Source of the DNA: a virus
Lineage: Duplodnaviria; Heunggongvirae; Uroviricota; Caudoviricetes
DNA: 64,000 bases
Reading direction: 5' to 3' (one strand)
IMG/VR virus record: IMGVR_UViG_3300008111_001118
Under the pieces are notes generated by a model. It was given only the letters and a program-made list of their open reading frames with translations. It was not told the origin of the DNA and did no database searches. Shown here piece after piece: positions 38,301 through 46,472 of the stretch. The position numbers and the translations under genes are program-made. Positions within the stretch are counted from its first letter, which is position 1. Every line of letters starts with the position of its first letter.

Positions 38301-40931
38301 ACAATAATAAGTAAACACACTTACAAGTTCTGATAATGCGTTGTTTGTTGCAATTACACCATAACCTAAATCATTGATTTGTGTGTAGTCGTTTGCAAGC
38401 ATACTCTTGTTACCAGAACCCTGGAGAACAGTATCTATTTCCCCAAGAGCACTATCAACCATGTTGTCTAAACCAATGCCGTTGTTGCTGGTTTCATCAA
38501 GGATAAGTGTCGCTGTAGCAAGACCAGCACCGTCGTTGGGCACATAATTGGCAATTGCATTAACTTGATATCTTGCACCATTAATAAAGAACGAACACGG
38601 AGTTCTAGGTTTTCTAATACCAAGTCCACTTGTTGCAGGTGCTTCGATTTGTAGTGTAAAGTTGTCGTCTTTGTCTACAATAGTAATTGGCATGTTGTAA
38701 ACATAACCGTCAATAAACATACCACCGCGGAATGCCTTGCGATTCAAACTTCCGCTAAAACTAGTACAAGTTTGTGCATATGGTGATCTAGTTAAAATAC
38801 TACCAGTTGGATCCAACGCCATCATAAATCCACCATGACGTTGACCAGTAATATTACGTAACAGTGTGGCGTCGTTCATTAAGAAGACATCCATTTCGTT
38901 GTTGTTCTTTGGCGTACTATTTGGGTTACTTGGATCTGTTAGATAGTGATAACCATAATAACCAATTGTTGAACTGTCACTAGGATCAACATGCATATCG
39001 CCGCCTGTTGCAGTAGTTAACCCGTCGATTGTAGCATCTCTATAGAAATAAGTTCTAGCATGTATCGAAGTCGACACACCTGCTGCTGGACGAATAATCA
39101 CACGACGGAATTCATCACCCTTGATAGATACGTTTTCAGGAACACGTATTGGTAGTTGTTCATCGTAAATTCCAGATTCGACTCTGATTGCAATTTGATC
39201 TCTTTTTACAAAGTTTGCATATTCAAGTTCTTCATTGGCAACAAATTCTTTGGTGTCAACTAATTGAAGTTGCACAGTATCATATGTTGGTGCACCAACA
39301 GTATCGGCACCTCTTTGATAAGTTACAACCTGTCCAACTGCACCAGATGTTTTACCTCTAATTAACTTTCCTGGAATAATGTCGACATTTGGGTTAGCAA
39401 TACTTGGATTTCCTGACTGTGTGGTGTACTTGTCAGGACCACTGAATACAAAGATAGTATAATAGTTTGATGATTCAACTAAACTTGGGTCAGCAACTGC
39501 TGGGTTAATCATTGCAAGAACATCATCAAATCTGTTTGATGCTGCTGTATACCAAGGATTTGATATAGTTCCTAGTGCAGTTGCAATTTCAGCAAGCATT
39601 CTTGTTTTCGCTCTTTGTATTGCATATGCAGTTTCAGTATATTGACCTTGACTGCTAATTGCAAATTCAGCACTTGGATTCGAAAAGTATCTTAAACCTG
39701 CGTAGCGTGATAGATAATTATGTTTTATCAATCCTGTGCTTGCACCAATATCGAGTTTGATAGAATCTAAAATTAAACCTAGATCTCTGCGGCAAATAGA
39801 CTCTGTATAGATAAATGTAGGATATTCATCGGCAATATCAGCAATTACATCATCAATAATACCAGACTTTTCCAGTGCAATAGTATCGTAAACTGTTTCC
39901 TGATCGCCACTGATTGAATATCCAAACGGATTACCAGATGTGTCTGTAGCAACAATATACGAAGTTGGTTCATCTAAACCATCTGTGTATGTAATATCCA
40001 TAACATATGGTCCAAGGTCGACTGGCGATGCTTCTTGAATTCTTTCTGCTTTAGCACAAGCCGCAGCAATACTTGCAAATGAGTATGCTTCACTTCTGCC
40101 TTGTTTTCCGGGCGGGGTAGTTAATTGGTCATCACTGCCATTTTTAGTAACAAACAAATTAACAGTTGACGAATACGATGTACTGTCTACATAAAACTTT
40201 GTTGCTGCTTGGAGATCTGCGGTACTGTTTGGAGTACCAAAACCCTGGAATGGAAATGGATGGTCCGAAAGTGTTAGAGCACCGGTCATAGTGTCCCCAG
40301 ACTTCTTTACCACTTCTTGTACACGAGGTACTTGTGTACCACTTGCGCCTGCAGGAACATTTAATGCTCCGGTCATAGTATCGCCGGTAACATTTATATA
40401 TTTGTTATCTGCATATCCTTTGGTTATTACTAGATTTGCGGTAGTAATAGGATCTCCAGGATGTGCAGCGTTCCAGTCTGTTACAAGAGTGCCAATTGTG
40501 GCATCGTTTGTTAACAAGTTTTGTGTTGTATTATTATATGCTGCTACAGAACCTAATTGTAATGGATTGGTAGTTTCTGGTGACGGATCGTCTGCAAGTT
40601 TGGTATTAACTGCACGGACAACAAGTTTATTGTCAACAACGTTAAATGCTATGGTGTTGGCGGTATCCAACGGATTGTTTGTTCCTGCATCAGAAACTAA
40701 ATCATAAAAGTCAACTCCTGTGCCATCTTGTTTAACTAAAACAACTTTGCCTTCGTTACCCAAGTAGGTATCTGGTGTATCGTTTAGTGTTGTAAATCCA
40801 ATTTGACCACCTAGACCAAAAACTGCATAAAGTTCGCCGAAGTTTTCATTTACTTTGCGAAACGACTCACGAATACTGTCGCCTGTGCCGTCATTGCCCT
40901 CTACGCCGATATTGACTTCTTGTTTTGCCAT
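35343..40931 (-). CDS. giant fibre/structural protein (1862 aa) with conserved N-terminal domain
   Basis: N-terminus MAKQEVNIGVEGNDGTGDSIRESFRKVNENFGELY; very long Thr/Gly/Ser/Asn-rich beta-type sequence. Confidence 0.6.
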   Translation of the reverse strand: MAKQEVNIGVEGNDGTGDSIRESFRKVNENFGELYAVFGLGGQIGFTTLNDTPDTYLGNEGKVVLVKQDGTGVDFYDLVSDAGTNNPLDTANTIAFNVVDNKLVVRAVNTKLADDPSPETTNPLQLGSVAAYNNTTQNLLTNDATIGTLVTDWNAAHPGDPITTANLVITKGYADNKYINVTGDTMTGALNVPAGASGTQVPRVQEVVKKSGDTMTGALTLSDHPFPFQGFGTPNSTADLQAATKFYVDSTSYSSTVNLFVTKNGSDDQLTTPPGKQGRSEAYSFASIAAACAKAERIQEASPVDLGPYVMDITYTDGLDEPTSYIVATDTSGNPFGYSISGDQETVYDTIALEKSGIIDDVIADIADEYPTFIYTESICRRDLGLILDSIKLDIGASTGLIKHNYLSRYAGLRYFSNPSAEFAISSQGQYTETAYAIQRAKTRMLAEIATALGTISNPWYTAASNRFDDVLAMINPAVADPSLVESSNYYTIFVFSGPDKYTTQSGNPSIANPNVDIIPGKLIRGKTSGAVGQVVTYQRGADTVGAPTYDTVQLQLVDTKEFVANEELEYANFVKRDQIAIRVESGIYDEQLPIRVPENVSIKGDEFRRVIIRPAAGVSTSIHARTYFYRDATIDGLTTATGGDMHVDPSDSSTIGYYGYHYLTDPSNPNSTPKNNNEMDVFLMNDATLLRNITGQRHGGFMMALDPTGSILTRSPYAQTCTSFSGSLNRKAFRGGMFIDGYVYNMPITIVDKDDNFTLQIEAPATSGLGIRKPRTPCSFFINGARYQVNAIANYVPNDGAGLATATLILDETSNNGIGLDNMVDSALGEIDTVLQGSGNKSMLANDYTQINDLGYGVIATNNALSELVSVFTYYCHTGYYSRNGSQIRSLTGNNSYGTFGMVAEGSDPDEVSRVASLVQPLVQPAKIYVVEQEVTVTGDVSALLTAGENIKQDQVTGTVTGQLAFFDVVGGNTILYIENITGGSFNASDQIVEGGSTALGTAPYTVVNRNFTANENDVAVYVYDLTDYPLNASEIEILHTTGLYQPYEVVSVTDTGLEIPSNLVSSLCDSTSTIRAKIWRLDLTSGVATADTGIQELTGFGTLAVYRAKQNFYVNGITSDVLTRPSTAFIFNEYPVYTYRTIAFENTIVSGIPVVGTQAVVGVDDNFSYIDLNVDNDRASYNLGVNYTVSSTIGTAPTGGTTLGRTVGDLNIVIARLDTVDKTRILGMVFTWGGKQFEITGYSEIVDTSGTSGLNGDTLGIITFTDVYSIHPTYVGTGIAVRADSSIGDNITLKAGLDTGATANITVNISTTRATSHDFLDIGTGGYNTSNYPDRIYGAPIEAAVTDEQAVDSNGFNTKAQVQERVRGRVFFASTDQDGFFRVGRFFTVDQGTGRVTFNAALVLTNIDGIGFKRGVRVNEFSPDTTFTNATGDSVPTETAVEGYINKRLGWDRDGDALLLGDIIGGGAIRKAGDTMTGNLSMGGNQITNLGSPTAGTDAVNKNYVDGLLAAQDELSELDDVAIVTPANAEILVYNGSTSKWTNEAFSSDPLVSDVTFTYSAGVLSAQYNSGSIVNADVSASAAIAQSKLSMNAATTRANATGITQGDRGLASFNSAEFTASSGWISILTSGIANSKLANSSISVTDGTTASSIALGGTLTFAATANETTVAQAGGTVTIGLPNNVTVAGILTMGGNIIPGLNSPTDSGQMLGLSTRRWNTVYATTFNGTATEALYADLAENYLSDVAYEPGTVLVFGGEQEVTVTNVKGDRRVAGVVTTNPAHLMNSALEGDFVTGVALQGRVPVKVLGKVQKGDLIVTSAIPGYGIVDNDPRVGTVIGKAVSNKLDDVRGVVEVVVGRV

Positions 40932-40943
40932 ATTTCTACTCCA

Positions 40944-41309
40944 TTAAATAGCAGGTACTGCTAATTTATCCATATCAAAATTTACACTCACACCACAACC
41001 ACAACTGCTCTTGGCATTTGGATTGCGAATTTCAAAATTGCTGCCTACTAGACTGCGAATGTAATCTACTTCAGTTCCTATTAAAAACATAAGGCTGTGT
41101 GAGCCTACTACAAATCTACCAGCGTTATCTGTGTGTATAACAACGTCGTTGGGTTCTAGATCTGACGGATGTGCTACAGTTCCCCAATCATATTCAAACC
41201 CTGCACAGCCACCACCACGTAGATTCAAACTAATTGCATAGCAATTGTTTTCCTTGCATAGCATATCGATTTGTTTTTTAGCAGATTCTGTAAGAGTGCA
41301 AACTTCCAT
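40944..41309 (-). CDS. IscA/HesB-family A-type Fe-S cluster carrier
   Basis: GGGCAGFEY and C-terminal NPNAKSSCGCGVS align with the IscA SGCSGMAY / NPNVKDECGCGES Cys triad. Confidence 0.75.
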   Translation of the reverse strand: MEVCTLTESAKKQIDMLCKENNCYAISLNLRGGGCAGFEYDWGTVAHPSDLEPNDVVIHTDNAGRFVVGSHSLMFLIGTEVDYIRSLVGSNFEIRNPNAKSSCGCGVSVNFDMDKLAVPAI

Positions 41310-41325
41310 AACATTCCCTTTCTAA

Positions 41326-41333
41326 TATTTATA
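41326..41333 (-). promoter_or_regulatory. T4-type late promoter (TATAAATA on the minus strand) upstream of the IscA-like gene
   Basis: Plus-strand tatttata = minus-strand TATAAATA, about 20 nt upstream of the ATG. Confidence 0.5.
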
Positions 41334-41370
41334 GGTATTTTTTATAATCTTAATGTAACTAAATACATAT

Positions 41371-41658
41371 ATGTTTATCAAACAAAGCATAGTCGAAACC
41401 TCACACGTGAGAAAAAGCAAGTCCGGTGTTGAACATACCTACACACGCAAGAAAACTGTTGTTCACTTTAGATGTGATAACTGCGGTGAAGAATTCACAC
41501 GTGAAAGAGGATCTATGGATCCCAAGCGATTAAGCAATAATTATTTTCACGTATGTTCTGAGTGCGATATAAAAAAATTCGCCCAACGCAAGGGCGTTGA
41601 GCGTAAACGTGTATGGACATTAAATGCCAGTTCAGATTTGCCTATTAGCAAACTTTAA
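41371..41658 (+). CDS. small zinc-finger-like protein (95 aa; CxxC...CxxC)
   Basis: CDNCGEEF ... CSECD Cys pairs; one of only two plus-strand genes. Confidence 0.45.
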   Translation: MFIKQSIVETSHVRKSKSGVEHTYTRKKTVVHFRCDNCGEEFTRERGSMDPKRLSNNYFHVCSECDIKKFAQRKGVERKRVWTLNASSDLPISKL

Positions 41659-41981
41659 TCAGAACGTCTATTAAATGCTTGTATTGCTGTTTTGCGTTCG
41701 TTGCTTTCAATTCGTAGTTTACGTTCTAATGTGGCTAGTCTAGCATCTTGCTCTCTAACCTTCTGTTCAAGACTTTGAACATACTTTTGTGTAGGCACAC
41801 TACGTTCGACACCATCTTCGCCGAGTATAGAATAGTGGTCAGCGCCTTGTCCGCGCAAACCACCTAGTACACGATTGGTGTTTTTTGTTTCCTGTGACGG
41901 TCTGTTGCCGCCATACATGCGATTTAAATAACTCATACAGTATTTATTTTTTAGACTGTTCAAACAACTCAATAGAGGCAA
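41655..41981 (-). CDS. hypothetical protein (108 aa)
   Basis: ORF, convergent with the zinc-finger gene. Confidence 0.4.
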   Translation of the reverse strand: MPLLSCLNSLKNKYCMSYLNRMYGGNRPSQETKNTNRVLGGLRGQGADHYSILGEDGVERSVPTQKYVQSLEQKVREQDARLATLERKLRIESNERKTAIQAFNRRSD

Positions 41982-43014
41982 GATTTTTGCACTTTGCCTC
42001 TACCATAATGTCTGCCCACGTCCAATGACTCAATGCCCAATCATTACATGCTGTATTCCAACAATAATCACTGTGTGCTCTTAGTTTGGCTTTTTTGTAT
42101 CCACTTTCGAGCAGTGTTGCCATGTCTGGTCGTACACTTGTATCAAAATTCTGTAATACATCTTCACGGCTAATGCTATAATGCATAGCAGGACGTACAC
42201 CGCGCCAACTATCAACAATGCGTTCAATACGACTGTCATCGGGCTCGATGTATTCACCTGTCTTGACCCAATGGTGATGAATGTCCAGCACCAATGCTAC
42301 ATGATCAGCAAGTTCTAGGCTTGCGTCGAGTCCCCAGGAGTTTTCGTCGTTTTCGATAGTAATACAGTTTCTTGCCTCTGGAGACAGTCTTGGAAGTACG
42401 TCGATGATACCGGCTGGACCTTTTCTACCGGAGATGTGGACGTTACACTTGAAGTCTTGCCAACTCTTACCGTAGCCCATCCACCTGATGAGATTCGCAT
42501 GATATTCAAACTCCTCAATACTACGTTCTACAATTTCCGGATTCTCACTGGCCAACACAGTAAACTGACCAGGATGCATACTGACTCTTACATCCAATGC
42601 TCTAGCAGTTTCGCCAACCATTCCGTAGTGTTTTTCGCAGTATGCAACTACGTCTGGCTTGCCCCAAAAATAACTCCAACTGGCCTCAGTAGCACAAGGA
42701 AGTTGATTACTACCCAGTCGCACCATTCTAAGTTCAGGAGCCAAACTGCCTACATATTCCACTAGCCGTTTTGCTGCGTCAGCGTTATGTTCCATGATGT
42801 CCCAAAGACGTTGTTCAGCAACATCACGAGTTTGTCTGTTGAGCCATGCAACAGTTGTGCATTTTTCTGTTAAAGGACGTTGTAATTCTTCAAGCAATTT
42901 AGGCTTGAGTGTTTGATCCTCATGAAGATATTTACAAGCAAATCCTATACGTTTGTGCATTCTAGTTCCTCTCGCCAAACAATAATGTTGGCAGTATACT
43001 CTGTTACATTCCAA
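41944..43014 (-). CDS. uvdE: UV-damage endonuclease (UvdE/UvsE family)
   Basis: SMHPGQFTVLASENP, YHANLIRWMG, CNVHISG, IENDENSWG and LDIHHH blocks match conserved UvdE (B. subtilis YwjD / S. pombe UVDE) motifs. Confidence 0.75.
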   Translation of the reverse strand: MECNRVYCQHYCLARGTRMHKRIGFACKYLHEDQTLKPKLLEELQRPLTEKCTTVAWLNRQTRDVAEQRLWDIMEHNADAAKRLVEYVGSLAPELRMVRLGSNQLPCATEASWSYFWGKPDVVAYCEKHYGMVGETARALDVRVSMHPGQFTVLASENPEIVERSIEEFEYHANLIRWMGYGKSWQDFKCNVHISGRKGPAGIIDVLPRLSPEARNCITIENDENSWGLDASLELADHVALVLDIHHHWVKTGEYIEPDDSRIERIVDSWRGVRPAMHYSISREDVLQNFDTSVRPDMATLLESGYKKAKLRAHSDYCWNTACNDWALSHWTWADIMVEAKCKNLASIELFEQSKK

Positions 43015-43229
43015 TTGTTAGGATCGCCAAATTTTGAACGAGTTCTAATCAATACTTCATCTTTGGTCTCGCCGTACTCGTAGCCGAGGAACGTAAGACC
43101 TGCATATATCATGTATGTTCTTATCATGCTTTCACTATATGCGACTTCTCTAGTTTTGTCAATACCAATTTGATCTAGGCCAGTTATCAACGCAATCAGG
43201 TATGTTTGGTTCTCCGTGAAATACTGCAA
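42945..43229 (-). CDS. hypothetical protein (94 aa)
   Basis: ORF. Confidence 0.35.
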   Translation of the reverse strand: MQYFTENQTYLIALITGLDQIGIDKTREVAYSESMIRTYMIYAGLTFLGYEYGETKDEVLIRTRSKFGDPNNWNVTEYTANIIVWREELECTNV

Positions 43230-44046
43230 TATTTGTATTTTGTGAAATATTAGGAGTTCCGGATTTTGTAAAATTACGTTTACCGTTTACAAACCCTAAT
43301 TCTTTACGACCGCGCATTTCCCATTTATAACTTTGTATCCAATCGTCCGGCCAAAACACATGGTCTGTAATAGATTTAAACATCCAGTCTTGATCACCTT
43401 GATATCTTGCAACATTTCTTTGTGTATTTTGTTTGAATTCTTGATAAGCCGCGTTGTAATGTCCTATTTTAAATCTAAAAACACTACTGTTCATTCTGTC
43501 CCAGTTAGGACGTATTTGTCTATTAAAGTCTCTTATAATTACAAATGACTTTTCTGAACGATAAGCAAACAAATTATCAATGTTTCTAAAAACAATCAAG
43601 TCTAAATCTAAAAACAATGCTGTACCGTGTATGCCCAATTCATTGCTCAAAAACCAAGGCTTATACCACCAGCCACTAACTGGCAACACGGGCAACGGCA
43701 TTGTTTTAATATGACTATCTATACCTTTGGAATTTTCAGTATAACATACAAATTCGTAGTCTATTGTAAGATTACGTTTAACCATGTTGTAAAGTTTGTT
43801 TACGTATTCAGGTCCGTATTTGTTACCCCATTTTAAACAAACCACATAGTTCTTGTTTGTAGATTGTTTGTATGCTTCGAGATAGCCTCTTACATAATCG
43901 GTTCGCTCAACAGTAGAAAGGCCCTGTTTTTCTAGGGCCTTTCTTGCTTTTCTTTCACTTTTGGATTCAGTCCACTGTTTCATCAAACGACATCTTCTGT
44001 GTTGTGTAGGGTGTATAGATTGCACTGTTAGCACCGTGCTCTGCAC
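43159..44046 (-). CDS. putative nucleotide-sugar glycosyltransferase (DXD type)
   Basis: FLDLDLIVF DXD-like motif preceded by a hydrophobic beta-strand; overall pattern of GT-A sugar-transferase region. Confidence 0.4.
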   Translation of the reverse strand: MQSTVLTVQSIHPTQHRRCRLMKQWTESKSERKARKALEKQGLSTVERTDYVRGYLEAYKQSTNKNYVVCLKWGNKYGPEYVNKLYNMVKRNLTIDYEFVCYTENSKGIDSHIKTMPLPVLPVSGWWYKPWFLSNELGIHGTALFLDLDLIVFRNIDNLFAYRSEKSFVIIRDFNRQIRPNWDRMNSSVFRFKIGHYNAAYQEFKQNTQRNVARYQGDQDWMFKSITDHVFWPDDWIQSYKWEMRGRKELGFVNGKRNFTKSGTPNISQNTNIAVFHGEPNIPDCVDNWPRSNWY

Positions 44047-44533
44047 ATTCTACACTTTCACACCAGCAGCGTCCGTTGGTTTTTGCACGAACTAGTTCGT
44101 CAGCAAACTTCCACGCATGATATGCAAAACGTTCTGCACCTACACCGTCAAACACACGGATCTCTGCTAGATCCAATGCTTCAAGTTCACGGAACTTCTC
44201 AATATGAGGATCGTCGACATCCAGTGCTACTTTATGATCAAAGTTGTCTTCAAGCCATGCTTTAAGCGGTTTAAGTCCACCAAAGTCTACTGCCCAGTTT
44301 TTGTTGTCTAGTTCACTGCATCCAAATGTAAATTTAAACTGTAAACTATAACCATGCAGCAAATGGCAATGTGAATGATCTGCGTTAGGTTGACGGAACA
44401 CTGCACTCAAACCAATGTTGTGTCCGTATGTTTTTGTACTATAATATTTTCCCATAATTTTTCCTCGTTGGGTGAGGGGGCGGAATGTTTTAAGTGGGTC
44501 GATCCCTATATAGTCCACTGTATTACTTATCAT
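43967..44533 (-). CDS. queD: 6-pyruvoyl-tetrahydropterin synthase family enzyme (QueD-like)
   Basis: C-x5-HGH (SHCHLLHGY) zinc/catalytic motif and LEDNFDHKVALDVDDP block resembling the PTPS LDHKNLD region; start probably the internal Met (MGKYY). Confidence 0.55.
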   Translation of the reverse strand: MISNTVDYIGIDPLKTFRPLTQRGKIMGKYYSTKTYGHNIGLSAVFRQPNADHSHCHLLHGYSLQFKFTFGCSELDNKNWAVDFGGLKPLKAWLEDNFDHKVALDVDDPHIEKFRELEALDLAEIRVFDGVGAERFAYHAWKFADELVRAKTNGRCWCESVECAEHGANSAIYTPYTTQKMSFDETVD

Positions 44534-44840
44534 CGACTGATGTTAGTTGTTGAGAATCTAAAATAGCTCTACGCATGTCTTTGACTTCTTGAATAACTAT
44601 TTCGATTTCATTAGTTGACTTGGTTAACACTTTTGCAAGATATATGATGTTTTTCATTGTCCACCACCACCAAGTAATTGCAGTTACAATGTATAAACTC
44701 AATGCAATATAAAATAGAATCTGAAGTTCAACAACATCTAATCTATAAAATAATAGCAAAATTGCAGTCGAAACTATAGGAAGCATTACGGCTGCACGAT
44801 TCCACCAAATAATTTCTTTTTCAATTTTTTCTAAATCCAT
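44523..44840 (-). CDS. small membrane protein (105 aa)
   Basis: Two to three hydrophobic helices. Confidence 0.4.
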   Translation of the reverse strand: MDLEKIEKEIIWWNRAAVMLPIVSTAILLLFYRLDVVELQILFYIALSLYIVTAITWWWWTMKNIIYLAKVLTKSTNEIEIVIQEVKDMRRAILDSQQLTSVDDK

Positions 44841-44858
44841 TGTACAATATTTATTTTA

Positions 44859-45167
44859 CTACTGTTTCTCTAAATAGTCTACGTTTATTACACGTTCATA
44901 TACAAACGATCTCCAGCCGTTGGCATTAACGTCCCACACTGTAATAGTGCCAGGTTTGCCATCTTTTACACCCTTAGGATGATTTACTTCAGGAATGTGC
45001 AATAGATTTTTTGTACAGGTCATTACACGTTCGTCACCATCTAATTTTTTGAAGGTGACTACAACTGTGTTTTCTTGTAAAACTTCAACCAACTTTTCCT
45101 CTGTTGGAATATTTTTAATTTTTGCTATTGTATCTTTTACTATATTCGTCATAGAACATTTTTCCAA
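44859..45167 (-). CDS. hypothetical protein (102 aa)
   Basis: ORF. Confidence 0.4.
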   Translation of the reverse strand: MEKCSMTNIVKDTIAKIKNIPTEEKLVEVLQENTVVVTFKKLDGDERVMTCTKNLLHIPEVNHPKGVKDGKPGTITVWDVNANGWRSFVYERVINVDYLEKQ

Positions 45168-45723
45168 TTAACTTGTGTGTTTCGATTCCTGGGTGGCTTA
45201 GATCTCTAGCACTTTTGCAGTTACAAACTTCATAGTTATCTTCAAAATCAAGGTCAACAATTTCTATATTGTTTTCATAACAGATATGTTTTATTGCTAA
45301 CATATGCACTTGACGAAATTTATCAAGAGATTCATCGTTTAACAGATATTTTTTAATATTGTTAGAGTGGTCTGTCCACCATGCTACCGGTGTCCATATA
45401 GACTCAACAGTATTGTAAACTTCGTATCTTTCTTTTGAAGGTATAAACATAAAAATTCTTTTTACTTTCATACCTTCGTTTAAAAGTCCAGTTAAAGATC
45501 TATAGCACCCTCCTAAACTGCCACCAGGTATACCTGCATTATAAAATGGTTCAGAGAAGTGCTTTTTTAAATGATTGTACCAAACATCTTGTTCGTTAAC
45601 TCCAATTCCAAACGTATTACTACAACCTAACGCCAAATTGTAGTAATCATCGGAGAAGTCTGCGTCATTTCTAAAACCATACTTGTCAGTTTTATACATT
45701 ATATTCTTACCAGTCCATCCCAA
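45115..45723 (-). CDS. hypothetical protein (202 aa)
   Basis: ORF. Confidence 0.45.
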   Translation of the reverse strand: MGWTGKNIMYKTDKYGFRNDADFSDDYYNLALGCSNTFGIGVNEQDVWYNHLKKHFSEPFYNAGIPGGSLGGCYRSLTGLLNEGMKVKRIFMFIPSKERYEVYNTVESIWTPVAWWTDHSNNIKKYLLNDESLDKFRQVHMLAIKHICYENNIEIVDLDFEDNYEVCNCKSARDLSHPGIETHKLIGKMFYDEYSKRYNSKN

Positions 45724-45840
45724 CTTTTTTAAAAGTTCAGGGTTTAATTTTAAGTTTTTTTTTAAAATTTTCTCGTGAGTCGGACGGCAGCCAATCCGAC
45801 TCGAAATTTGTAGGTAATTTATTGTTAAAATTTGTATTCA

Positions 45841-46458
45841 TTATCTTTTTTCAACAACCTTATCGGCCAACCCATATTCTACTGCTTCTTCTGCTGATAG
45901 GAATGTGTCAAACTTCATGGTGTCGAACATGTCTCCGTAGGTCTTGCCTTTTGCATTGTGTTTTACATACAGTTCTGTAAGACGCTGGTTAATGCGTTGG
46001 CTCTCTTCAAAACTACGACGAGCATCTTCAAACTGTAGTTCTTGCACGTGAACACTACCGCGTGTTCCTGGTGTACCCGAACTTACACGGTGAATCATTG
46101 TACGTGATTGAGGCAATACATAACGCTTGCCTGCTGCACCTGCTTGTGCAAGAAAACTGCCCATGCTAGCGGCTTGACCCATAACAATAGTGCTAACGTC
46201 TGGTTTGATAAACTGCATGGTATCGTAGATAGCAAGACCAGCAGTAACCAGTCCGCCTGGGCTATTGATGTAAAGATTGATGTCTTTTTCAGCATCTACA
46301 CTTTCAAGAAACAGCATTTGTGCTACAACAAGATTGGCCATGTTGTCTTCAACTGGTCCGTTGAGCATGATAATGCGATCTTTAAGCAAACGGCTATAGA
46401 TGTCGTAAGAACGTTCGCCGCGTGATTCTTGTTCGATTACGATAGGTACTAGTGGCAT
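45841..46458 (-). CDS. clpP: ATP-dependent Clp protease proteolytic subunit ClpP
   Basis: Canonical ClpP sequence with active-site GQAASMGS (Ser), His and Asp in conserved positions; 205 aa. Confidence 0.9.
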   Translation of the reverse strand: MPLVPIVIEQESRGERSYDIYSRLLKDRIIMLNGPVEDNMANLVVAQMLFLESVDAEKDINLYINSPGGLVTAGLAIYDTMQFIKPDVSTIVMGQAASMGSFLAQAGAAGKRYVLPQSRTMIHRVSSGTPGTRGSVHVQELQFEDARRSFEESQRINQRLTELYVKHNAKGKTYGDMFDTMKFDTFLSAEEAVEYGLADKVVEKR

Positions 46459-46472
46459 TGTATTTCCTTTTA

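Noticed and set aside
35392-40707. Numerous plus-strand ORFs (60-140 aa) inside the 1862-aa fibre gene, and similar ones inside the ClpA, radical SAM and 1192-aa genes
   Set aside because: They are shadow ORFs of long minus-strand genes, with no independent support.
45841-46458. ClpP as the prohead (capsid maturation) protease
   Set aside because: T4-type phages use the gp21 fold for prohead processing. This ClpP is a canonical degradative ClpP and is paired with a ClpA carrying a docking loop. No major capsid or scaffold gene is adjacent. A degradative role is favoured but not proven.
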